Source of the DNA: an uncultured Chromatiaceae bacterium
GTDB lineage: Bacteria > Pseudomonadota > Gammaproteobacteria > Steroidobacterales > GCA-2729495
NCBI GenBank assembly: GCA_964613615.1
Contig: CAZTIB010000133.1
Span: 4,046-68,045, forward strand
Direction of reading: 5' to 3'
Length of the DNA stretch: 64,000 nucleotides
The notes under the pieces are model-generated. The model had not been told where the DNA came from. It saw only the letters and a list, made by a program, of their open reading frames with translations, and searched no databases. Below, one piece after another: positions 19,786 to 27,903 of the stretch. Both the position numbers and the translations under genes were made by a program. The first letter of the stretch is position 1, and each line of letters begins with the position of its first letter.

Positions 19786-20841
19786 CTAGCGGAACCGATC
19801 CTGCAGCTCGGCCAGGCGCTTGTTGCCCGGACACAGGCGCTTGTAGTCCAGATTCAGCAGCGGGTCGCCGGTTTGCTGGTTGACCTCATGCATCTCCGGC
19901 TTGCTTTCGTCGATATACAGTACGCCGGTCATGATCTCGCTCGCGGCCTGGGATTCCTGCAGCATGGCCAGCGCCGTGGCCCGATTGGTGGGATCGTACT
20001 TCTCGTCCGCCTTGCGCAGCACGATGGTGCTGCCGTCGTGGAGCACCACCGGCATGACCGAGCCCTCTTCGTATTCCGCCAGGATCTCCTCGCTGGGTGG
20101 CACGAAGTCGGCATGAATGGCCGGGTGATAGTGATCGCGCGTGAACTGGTAGCTCTTGGTGGAGCCCTCGTGGTCGTTAAAGGTCACGCAGGGTGAAATC
20201 ACATCGATCAGCGCAAACCCCCGATGGGCCAGGCCCGCCTTGATCATCGGCACCAGCTGTTCCTTGTCGCCGGAGAAACTGCGCGCCACGAAGCTGCCGC
20301 CCTGCGCGATTACCGTCTGGCAAGGGTCTATAGGCGGCTGCACATTTTCCTCGCCCTTCTTGGCGCGGCTGCCCACGTCGGCGGAGGCCGAGAACTGGCC
20401 CTTGGTGAGCCCGTACACGCCATTGTTCTCGATCACGTAGAGCATGTTCACGTTGCGGCGCACCGCGTGCATGAACTGCCCCAGGCCGATAGACAGGGTA
20501 TCGCCGTCACCAGATACGCCAACGTAGTAAAGGTCACCGTTGACCGCATTGGCGCCGGTGGCCACCGACGGCATGCGCCCGTGCACCGAATTAAAACCGT
20601 GTGACTGGCGCAGGAAGTAGGCGGGCGTCTTCGAAGAGCAACCGATGCCGCTCAGCTTCGCCATCTGGTGCGGCGGAATGCTGAGCTCGAAAGCGGCCTG
20701 CACCAGCGCGCCGGTCACCGAATCGTGGCCGCAGCCGGCGCAGAGTGTGGACATGCCACCCTCGTAATCGCGGACCGTAAGCCCCAGCGCATTCCGCGCC
20801 AGGCCCCGGTGGATGATCTGGGGTTTGCGGATATAACTCAT
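19786..20841 (-). CDS. korB: 2-oxoacid:ferredoxin oxidoreductase, beta (TPP-binding) subunit
   Basis: [15 protein letters not shown] and GDGD..SIG TPP-binding blocks. Start overlaps the korA stop. Confidence 0.9.
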   Translation of the reverse strand: MSYIRKPQIIHRGLARNALGLTVRDYEGGMSTLCAGCGHDSVTGALVQAAFELSIPPHQMAKLSGIGCSSKTPAYFLRQSHGFNSVHGRMPSVATGANAVNGDLYYVGVSGDGDTLSIGLGQFMHAVRRNVNMLYVIENNGVYGLTKGQFSASADVGSRAKKGEENVQPPIDPCQTVIAQGGSFVARSFSGDKEQLVPMIKAGLAHRGFALIDVISPCVTFNDHEGSTKSYQFTRDHYHPAIHADFVPPSEEILAEYEEGSVMPVVLHDGSTIVLRKADEKYDPTNRATALAMLQESQAASEIMTGVLYIDESKPEMHEVNQQTGDPLLNLDYKRLCPGNKRLAELQDRFR

Positions 20842-22649
20842 GCCGCCACCACCTTCTCAAGGTCTTTGTTGATCTGGTCGAGAACGCCGACTGCATCGAT
20901 GGGCAGGCCATTGTAGTGCAGGACCGGAATCAGCTTGTCTTGTGATACGCGGGTTTCCATCAGCAGCAGGCTGCGCAGCTGTGCGTCGCGATTCTGCTCC
21001 ACGACGTATATCCGGTCGTGGGCGTCCAGGAAGCGCTGTACTTCATCAGTGAACGGGAACCCGCGCACGCGCAGGTAATTCACCCCGACGCCCGAATCTT
21101 TCAGCCGGGCGCGAGCCTCGCGCACGGCGCCATCGGAACTGCCGTAGGCGATGATCCCGGTGCGGTATTTCTCGGAGTATTCGACCTCAGCTTCGGGTAT
21201 GTAGGTCTTCGCCGTTTCCCACTTGCGCCGCAGCCGATCCACCACTTCCTGGTATTCGTTGGCGTCCTCGGTATAGGTCCCGTACATGTTGTGGCCGGAA
21301 CCCCGGGTGAAATACGCGCCCTTGGGATGCACGCCCGGCAAGGTCCGATACGGAATACCGTCGCCGTCCCGGTCGAAGTAGCGGTGAAAGGCCTCAATTT
21401 CTTCGAGCTCCTTCGCGTTCAGCACCTTCCCCCGGTCCGGCTCGTAATTGTCGTCCCACTCAAGGTCAGGACACATCCAGTCGTTCATGCCGATGTCGAG
21501 ATCCGTCAGCATGATCACCGGTGTCTGCAGTCGTTCGGCCAGATCAAAAGCCTGCACGGCGAAATAGAAACATTCCTCCGGATTTGCCGGGAACAACAGC
21601 ACGTGACGCGTGTCGCCATGGGAAGCGTAGGCGGTGGAAATGACGTCGGCCTGTTGCGTGCGCGTGGGCATGCCGGTGGACGGGCCGCAGCGCTGCACGT
21701 TAATGAATACCGCCGGAATTTCGGTGAAATAGCCGTAACCCAGGAACTCGCTCATCAGGGAGATGCCGGGGCCGCTGGTGGGGGTAAAGGCTCGCGCCCC
21801 GTTCCACCCTGCGCCAAGGACCATGCCCGCCGCAGCCAGTTCGTCTTCGGCCTGGATGATTGCGTAGTCGCGCTTGCCGGTCTTCTTGTCGACGCGGTAT
21901 ATCTCGCAGAAGCGCTTGAACGCATCCATCACGGATGTGGATGGCGTAATCGGATACCAGGCACCGAGAGTCGCGCCGGCATACAGGCAGCCGAGGGCCG
22001 CTGCGCTGTTGCCGTCAATCATGATATGCCCGGCGGTCTTGTCGGCCGTCTTGGCCCGGAACGGCAGCGGGCAATCGTAGTGCTCGCGCGCATACTGGTA
22101 GCCGAGATCGATGGCCTGCTGGTTCGCCTCGGCGAGATGCTTCTTGGCCGCGAAGGTCTTCTTCAGCGACTCACGGATCACCTGCAGATCGAGATCCAGC
22201 AGCGCCGCCAGTGCACCGACGTAGGCAACATTTTTCATCAGTACCCGCGAACGCGCCGTGTCGAAGTGCTCATTGCACATTTTCGCCAGCGGAATGCCGA
22301 TCACCGTGATGTCGTCCCGGTGCAGCATCTGTCGCCGCGGCCACGTAGAGTCATAGAGCAGGAAGCCACCGGGGGCCACCTCGGCGAGATCCTTCGCATA
22401 GGTCTCGGCGTTCATGGCCACCATCAGGTCCAGGCGCCCGGAACGCGCGAGATGCCGTTCGTCGTTGACCCGGATCTCATACCACGTGGGCAGGCCCTGG
22501 ATGTTGGACGGGAAGTAGTTCTTACCCACCACCGGGATGCCCATCCGGAAAAAGGTTTTCATCAGCAACGCGTTGGCACTGGCTGACCCCGTGCCGTTGA
22601 CGTTGGCGATCTTGATGGTGAAGTCGTTGTTTTTTGGTCCGGTATTCAT
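20838..22649 (-). CDS. korA: 2-oxoacid:ferredoxin oxidoreductase, alpha subunit
   Basis: Fused gamma/alpha-type domains (GTGSASAN, YPITPST, GPGISLM). Confidence 0.9.
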   Translation of the reverse strand: MNTGPKNNDFTIKIANVNGTGSASANALLMKTFFRMGIPVVGKNYFPSNIQGLPTWYEIRVNDERHLARSGRLDLMVAMNAETYAKDLAEVAPGGFLLYDSTWPRRQMLHRDDITVIGIPLAKMCNEHFDTARSRVLMKNVAYVGALAALLDLDLQVIRESLKKTFAAKKHLAEANQQAIDLGYQYAREHYDCPLPFRAKTADKTAGHIMIDGNSAAALGCLYAGATLGAWYPITPSTSVMDAFKRFCEIYRVDKKTGKRDYAIIQAEDELAAAGMVLGAGWNGARAFTPTSGPGISLMSEFLGYGYFTEIPAVFINVQRCGPSTGMPTRTQQADVISTAYASHGDTRHVLLFPANPEECFYFAVQAFDLAERLQTPVIMLTDLDIGMNDWMCPDLEWDDNYEPDRGKVLNAKELEEIEAFHRYFDRDGDGIPYRTLPGVHPKGAYFTRGSGHNMYGTYTEDANEYQEVVDRLRRKWETAKTYIPEAEVEYSEKYRTGIIAYGSSDGAVREARARLKDSGVGVNYLRVRGFPFTDEVQRFLDAHDRIYVVEQNRDAQLRSLLLMETRVSQDKLIPVLHYNGLPIDAVGVLDQINKDLEKVVAA

Positions 22650-22743
22650 GCCGGGTCTTTAGTTGTCATGTAGCTGGAAATAAAGAATTTGCTGGGAAAA
22701 GCCGACCTGAACGATCAAGTAGCGATTTTGGTCGTTGTTACGT

Positions 22744-24561
22744 TCAGGTACCAAACTTGCGCACTTCCTGCGCGGTATCGGGCTCCACTTCGTGGGACAC
22801 GTGGGGGTGCAGCAGGCTAAATTCCTGCATATCCCAGGCCGCCGTGGGGCAGCGCTCGGCACACAGGCCGCAGTGCACGCAGAGGTCTTCATCCTTGACC
22901 ATTACCCGCTGCGTCTGCGGCAGTTCGGCCGACACATACAGGCCTTGCTCGAGGTTCTCGGCCGGGGCGCTGAGATTCCTGCGCAGCTGTTCTTCGGTGC
23001 CGTTTTGCGTGATCGTCAGGCAGTTCACCGGGCAGATGTCGATGCAGGCATCGCACTCGATACAAAGCTTCTCGAAGAACACCGTCTGGATATCGCAGTT
23101 CAGGCAGCGCTCCACCTCTTCGGCTGCCTGTTCTGCCGAAAAACCCAGCTCTACCTCGATGTTCAGCTCGCGGAAACGCGTGGCAAGGTCCACGTGCGGC
23201 ACGAGCCGGCGTTCCGACGGGTCGTAGTCGTTGCTGTAGCTCCACTCGTGCATGCCCATTTTCGTGCTGGCGAGGTTCATGCCGTCGGGCAGCCGGTCGG
23301 CCACATCTTCACCCTGACAATGCTTGTGAATGGAGATAGCGGACTGGTGCGCGTGCTCCACGGCCCAGATAATGTTCTCTGGACCGAAGGCCGCGTCGCC
23401 GCCGAAGAATACGCCCTTGCGCGTGGATTCGTGGGTAGTGCGGTCTACTACCGGCACGTCCCACTTGTCGAACTCCATGCCGAGGTCTCTTTCCACCCAC
23501 GGGAACGCATTCTCCTGGCCAATGGCCAGCACCACGTCGTCGGCCGGGAAAAACTGCTCGCCGGCTGTTCGCGTGTCTGTGATGCGACCGGATGCGTCGA
23601 TATCGTATTCCATGATGTCAAACAGCATCCCGGCGAGCTTGCCGTTTTCTACCACAAAGGCCTTCGGCTGGTGATTGACCACGATCTCCACGTTCTCTTC
23701 TTCGGCGTCCTCCAACTCCCAATCCGACGCCTTGAAGAAATCGCGCGGCTTGCGCGCCATAACCTTGACGTCCTTGGCACCCAGTCGCAACGACGTGCGG
23801 CAGCAGTCCATCGCCGTGTTGCCCACACCGATGATCAGTACATTCTCACCAATCTTCTCAATGTGGCCGAAGGCGACAGATTCCAGCCAGTTAATGCCGA
23901 TGTGTACATGGTCCGGGTCGTCGTAGCGGCCCGGAACGTCGAGGTTCTTGCCCTTCGGCGCACCGCTGCCGACAAAGACCGCGTCGTAACCCTCTTCCAG
24001 CAATGCGGCCATGCTCTCGATCGGCGTATTCAGGCGCAGGTCCACGCCCATGTCGAGAATCATGTTGATCTCTTCGTCGAGCACGGGCACTGGCAGGCGG
24101 AAAGCCGGGATGTTCGTGCGCATCAGTCCGCCGGGTTTATCCAGCGCTTCGTACATCACGATGTCGTAGCCCAGCGGAATTAAATCGTTGGCCACAGCCA
24201 GCGATGCGCAACCGGCACCGACACAGGCCACGCGCTTGCCGTTCTTCTGCGCCGGCGCAGTGGGCAGGAGTTCGCTGACGTCGTCGCGGTTATCCGCCGC
24301 CACCCGCTTTAGCCGGCAGATGGCCACGGGTTTGTCTTCCACCCGGACGCGTCGGCACGCCGGTTCGCACGGACGATCGCAGACCCGACCGAGGATCGAC
24401 GGGAACACGTTCGACTTGCGGTTCAGCATGTAGGCATCCGTAAATCGCCCCTGGGCGATCAGGCGGATGTAGCCGGGCACGTCGGTGTGGGCGGGACAGG
24501 CCCACTGGCAATCGACGACCTTGTGAAAGTAATCCGGGTTACCGGTATCGGTGGGTTTCAT
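22744..24561 (-). CDS. GltD-like NAD(P)H-dependent FAD/Fe-S oxidoreductase fused to a 2x[4Fe-4S] ferredoxin domain
   Basis: N-terminal CxxC Fe-S region (CQWACPAHTD, CDRPCEPAC), dinucleotide folds (VACVGAGCASL, VLIIGVGNTAMD), and C-terminal CLNCDIQ..CIECDACIDICP and CVHCGLCAERCP. ATG at 24561. Confidence 0.8.
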   Translation of the reverse strand: MKPTDTGNPDYFHKVVDCQWACPAHTDVPGYIRLIAQGRFTDAYMLNRKSNVFPSILGRVCDRPCEPACRRVRVEDKPVAICRLKRVAADNRDDVSELLPTAPAQKNGKRVACVGAGCASLAVANDLIPLGYDIVMYEALDKPGGLMRTNIPAFRLPVPVLDEEINMILDMGVDLRLNTPIESMAALLEEGYDAVFVGSGAPKGKNLDVPGRYDDPDHVHIGINWLESVAFGHIEKIGENVLIIGVGNTAMDCCRTSLRLGAKDVKVMARKPRDFFKASDWELEDAEEENVEIVVNHQPKAFVVENGKLAGMLFDIMEYDIDASGRITDTRTAGEQFFPADDVVLAIGQENAFPWVERDLGMEFDKWDVPVVDRTTHESTRKGVFFGGDAAFGPENIIWAVEHAHQSAISIHKHCQGEDVADRLPDGMNLASTKMGMHEWSYSNDYDPSERRLVPHVDLATRFRELNIEVELGFSAEQAAEEVERCLNCDIQTVFFEKLCIECDACIDICPVNCLTITQNGTEEQLRRNLSAPAENLEQGLYVSAELPQTQRVMVKDEDLCVHCGLCAERCPTAAWDMQEFSLLHPHVSHEVEPDTAQEVRKFGT

Positions 24562-24705
24562 CGGTGCTTGCTGCTGCTCCAGCCCTTGCGGTACAGCGGG
24601 TGTTGTGTCCACATTCGGGCCTAAGCGCTTGATTATACATACGGCGAACTCCAGTTGAATTGTGGAATTCAGGTTGACAGCCGACTGCCGCAACGGCAAA
24701 GAATC

Positions 24706-25797
24706 ATGACGAAACCGCTAAGGAACCAGACTATGACGGACGCAGCCCCCGCCAGTTACGCCGCCCTCGCCCTGCAATTGAAGACCCACTGCGTGAACGC
24801 CTGCCCCGACCGCGAGGCTGCCCGGGCGCGCATGGCCGAAAACATCGCCAGGGTCCGCCGCGCCGTGGCGGGCAGCAAGGCCTTCATCCGTCAGTACAGC
24901 GGCGAAACCGCGCGCCTGGTGGTGCTGCCCGAGTACTTCCTGACCGGCTTCCCGATGGGAGACACGGTACCCGGCTGGCGAGACAAGGCGGCATTGGACA
25001 TAAAAGGCCCGGAGTACGCCGCGCTGGGCGCCATCGCCGCCGACTTCGACGTCTACCTGGCCGGCAACGCCTACGAGGTGGACCCGAATTTCCCGGAGCT
25101 GTATTTCCAGTGCTGCTTTGTCATCGGCCCGGGCGGCGATGTGGTGCTGCGCTACCGCAGGATGATCTCGCTGAGCGGGCCCACGCCCTACGACGTCTGG
25201 GACCGGTACCTGGAGATCTACGGGCTCGACGGCGTATTCCCGGTGGCGGACACCCCCATAGGCCGCATCGCAGCCATCGCATCGGAAGAGATCCTGTACC
25301 CGGAAATCGCCCGCTGCCACGCAATGCGCGGTGCAGAGATTTTCGTCCACTCGACGAGCGAGGCCGGCATGCCCCAGGACTCCATCAAGGAAATCGCGCG
25401 CCGCGCCCGGGCGCTGGAGAACCTGGCCTACGTGGTCTCGGCCAATTCCGCCGCGCTGCTGGACAACGCGGTGCCGGCGGAGTCCACCACCGGCATGAGC
25501 AAGGTGGTGGACTTTCACGGCCACGTGATGGCGGAGGCGATGCCCAGCGGCGAATCGATGGTGGCAAACGCGACGATCGACCTGGCGGCGTTGCGGGAAG
25601 CGCGGCGGCGGACGGGTCTGATCAACATGCTGTCGAGGCAGCCGTTTCAGGCTTATGCAGAGAGTTATGCGAAGGCGGAGTTTCGGGGGGCTAATGCGTT
25701 GCTGGAAGACGGGGCGGTGCGGGTGCCGGAGAGGGAGGCGTTTGTGGAGGGGCAGAGGGCGGATATTGAGCGGTTGGCTAAGGCTGGGCTTATCTAG
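24706..25797 (+). CDS. Carbon-nitrogen hydrolase (nitrilase/aliphatic-amidase-like) family protein with non-canonical active-site residues
   Basis: LVVLPEYFL (Glu block), VLRYRRMISL (Lys block reads R) and RIAAIASEEILYPEI (Cys block reads S). Overall similarity to the AmiE-type amidase layout. Confidence 0.8.
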   Translation: MTKPLRNQTMTDAAPASYAALALQLKTHCVNACPDREAARARMAENIARVRRAVAGSKAFIRQYSGETARLVVLPEYFLTGFPMGDTVPGWRDKAALDIKGPEYAALGAIAADFDVYLAGNAYEVDPNFPELYFQCCFVIGPGGDVVLRYRRMISLSGPTPYDVWDRYLEIYGLDGVFPVADTPIGRIAAIASEEILYPEIARCHAMRGAEIFVHSTSEAGMPQDSIKEIARRARALENLAYVVSANSAALLDNAVPAESTTGMSKVVDFHGHVMAEAMPSGESMVANATIDLAALREARRRTGLINMLSRQPFQAYAESYAKAEFRGANALLEDGAVRVPEREAFVEGQRADIERLAKAGLI

Positions 25798-25838
25798 GTT
25801 TTAGCGCTTAAAGAAAGGGGTAATCCGGCGGCGTGCAG

Positions 25839-25911
25839 AGCCGGGTTGAGGATGTCTTCCTTCCCTCCGGTTTTGTAGTCGGTCAGGAAGACATCCCCAA
25901 CCCGGCTTTTT
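25839..25911 (+). terminator. Long hairpin plus T-tract; candidate rho-independent terminator of the nitrilase-family gene
   Basis: AGCCGGGTTGAGGATGTCTTCC, a 25-nt loop, then GGAAGACATCCCCAACCCGGCT (22-bp stem, one mismatch) followed by TTTTT. Starts 42 nt after the stop codon. Confidence 0.5.
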
Positions 25912-26081
25912 CGATTCGTGGCGGTTTTCTTCACGGGCAGAGTGGGACATCTAACGAAGGTGGCTAGACCTGCACCGCCTTTGGGGGTGGGGGCGATGGG
26001 GGAAGTGTTGTTGGCGTGCCGCTGTCGCGACGTGTCGACGCGGTTTCTTCACGCGATTACCGAGCCACAGTGAATTGCCTG

Positions 26082-26300
26082 CCGCGGCGTGGGGCGGGCG
26101 GTCTGGCCGGCACAGTCAGCCGGCTTGCCGAGCAGCGGAGCGAGCGAGGGAATAGCCCGAAGGGGCCGCGCAGGGATGCGCGGCTCCCGGAGCCGGGGCC
26201 AGGGATGGCCCCGTGTCCGGGACCCCGATGCGAGTGAGCAGCGCAGGGCACCCGAAGGGCAAGCCGGCGTGCCGGACAGACCGCCCGCCCCGCGCCGCGG
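26082..26300. repeat. 219-bp structured element bounded by about 45-bp imperfect inverted repeats (MITE-like)
   Basis: Left arm is CCGCGGCGTGGGGCGGGCGGTCTGGCCGGCAC(agtca)GCCGGCTTGCC. Right arm is GGCAAGCCGGCGTGCCGGACAGACCGCCCGCCCCGCGCCGCGG. The interior holds the direct repeat GAGCAGCG..CCCGAAGGG twice, plus hairpins GCCGCGCAgggaTGCGCGGC and GGGGCCAgggaTGGCCCC. ATTGCC occurs just outside both ends. Confidence 0.6.
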
Positions 26301-26353
26301 TATTGCCACCGACCTGCAACAGGCCTTGTCTGTTCCTGGCATCTCACAAGGAA

Positions 26354-26427
26354 TCGCGGCTGGCCGCTCCCGCACATCCATGTGCTTCGCGGCATCAGGT
26401 CGTCCTGACCAAGTAAGCCGCTCCTAC
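26354..26427. repeat. Two degenerate copies of the GGAGCGGC REP family
   Basis: TCGCGGCTGGCCGCTCCCGCAC (26354-26375) and AAGCCGCTCCTAC (26415-26427) match the reverse orientation of the REP at 9862-9886. Confidence 0.45.
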
Positions 26428-26462
26428 GAAGAGTTCGTTTTGTACCGGGAACGGGTGACCGG

Positions 26463-27809
26463 TTAGCGCGCTGCGTTGCAGTTCAGGCGTTGGCCGGGGA
26501 TGGCGCCGGTTAGCTGGCCGTCTTGCCAGGCGAGCTGGCCGTTGACGAGGGTGGCGGCGATGGTGGAGCGGAAGTTCACGCCATCGAAGGGGGTCCAGCC
26601 GCACTTGTACAAGGCGGTGGCGTCAGTCACGAGGGTGGGCTGGTCGAGGTCCAGCAGCACCAGGTCGGCCCAGTAGCCCTCGCGGAGGAAGCCGCGGTCG
26701 GCAATGCCGAACAGTTCGGCCGGGGCATGGCTGGCTTTGCGGACGATCAGTTCCAGCGGCAGCACGCCGTCGTGGTAATGCTCCAGCAGGCTCAGCAGCG
26801 CGTGCTGAACCAGCGGCAGGCCGGCCGGTGATTGGAAGTAGCTGCGGGCCTTTTCTTCCGCAAGGTGCGGGGCGTGGTCCGTGGCGACGACGTCGATGCG
26901 GTCGTCCCGCAGCGCGGCCAGCAGGGACTGCCGGTCGGCCGCGGTCTTCACGGCAGGGTTGCACTTGATGAGTGCACCGAGCCGCTCGTAGTCGTCGGCA
27001 GAAAAGTACAGGTGATGGACGCAGACCTCGGCGGTGATGCGCTTGGTCTCCAGCGGCCCCGACCGGAAGAGTTCCATTTCCCGGGCCGTGGTCAGGTGCA
27101 GCACGTGCAGGCGTGCGTCGTGGCGCCGGGCCAGATCCACGGCCAGCGACGACGAGCGGAAACAGGCCTGCTCGGAGCGAATCAGCGGGTGCTCGCTCAT
27201 CGGTACGTCGTCGCCGTATTTCTTGCGGGCTGCGTCTTCGTTCGCCTGGATCATCGGCGTGTCTTCACAGTGCGTCGCAATCAACAGTGGCGCGTCGGCG
27301 AACAGTTGCTCGAGTACCTCCGCGTCGTTCACCAGCATGTTGCCGGTAGATGCGCCCATGAACACCTTGATACCGCAGGCCTCCGCGGGCGTCACCGCGC
27401 GCAACTCGTCGAGATTGTCGTTCGTGGCGCCAAGATAGAAAGCGAAATTGGCGCGTGCGCGCCCCGCGGCACGCTCGTACTTGTCGGCCACCGCGGCACG
27501 ATTCGTTGTGGGCGGCTTCACATTCGGCATTTCCATGAAGCTAGTGATACCGCCGGCCACAGCTGCGGCCGACTCCGTCGCCATGTCGCCCTTCTGGGTC
27601 AGGCCGGGCTCACGGAAATGCACCTGGTCGTCGATGAAGCCGGGCGCCAGGTACCTGCCGGCAGCGTCCAGCACAGCTTCGCCGCTGGCAGCGCTGAGCG
27701 ACGGAGCAATGGCCGCAATTCGCCCGTTTCGCACGCGCAGGTCGCCTTCGGTGACATGGCCCTCGTTGACGAGCCGGGCGTTGGTGATCAGCAGGGAATC
27801 TTTGGCCAC
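26463..27809 (-). CDS. pyrC: Dihydroorotase (long cyclic-amidohydrolase type)
   Basis: 448 aa. Blocks GFIDDQVHFREPG, FMEMPN, HCED and ATDHAPH are typical of this amidohydrolase class. Allantoinase or hydantoinase cannot be excluded by eye. Confidence 0.8.
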   Translation of the reverse strand: MAKDSLLITNARLVNEGHVTEGDLRVRNGRIAAIAPSLSAASGEAVLDAAGRYLAPGFIDDQVHFREPGLTQKGDMATESAAAVAGGITSFMEMPNVKPPTTNRAAVADKYERAAGRARANFAFYLGATNDNLDELRAVTPAEACGIKVFMGASTGNMLVNDAEVLEQLFADAPLLIATHCEDTPMIQANEDAARKKYGDDVPMSEHPLIRSEQACFRSSSLAVDLARRHDARLHVLHLTTAREMELFRSGPLETKRITAEVCVHHLYFSADDYERLGALIKCNPAVKTAADRQSLLAALRDDRIDVVATDHAPHLAEEKARSYFQSPAGLPLVQHALLSLLEHYHDGVLPLELIVRKASHAPAELFGIADRGFLREGYWADLVLLDLDQPTLVTDATALYKCGWTPFDGVNFRSTIAATLVNGQLAWQDGQLTGAIPGQRLNCNAAR

Positions 27810-27903
27810 GGGTGGGATCCAAGCGGGTCTGGTAGAACGAAATCGATTTCAGGGGCCAGTATACTCAACCGCCGCCGATGCTCCGCCCCAATCGAGGTTA
27901 TTG

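Noticed and set aside
21018-24183. Long plus-strand ORFs (522 aa at 21018-22586, 482 aa at 22735-24183)
   Set aside because: They are antisense to korA and to the GltD-like gene, both of which carry unmistakable family motifs. The antisense translations are Arg/His/Gly-rich with no motifs.
26016-26466. Several 70-125 aa ORFs on both strands in the long intergenic region
   Set aside because: The translations are dominated by Arg/Pro/Gly/Ala and mirror the palindromic repeats, so both strands read open. They are better explained as repeat DNA.
27448-27903. N-terminal 152 codons of the 1071-aa ORF containing the M16 peptidase
   Set aside because: This part overlaps pyrC on the opposite strand and is not protein-like. 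A signal peptide begins at the ATG at 27904, which is the likely true start.
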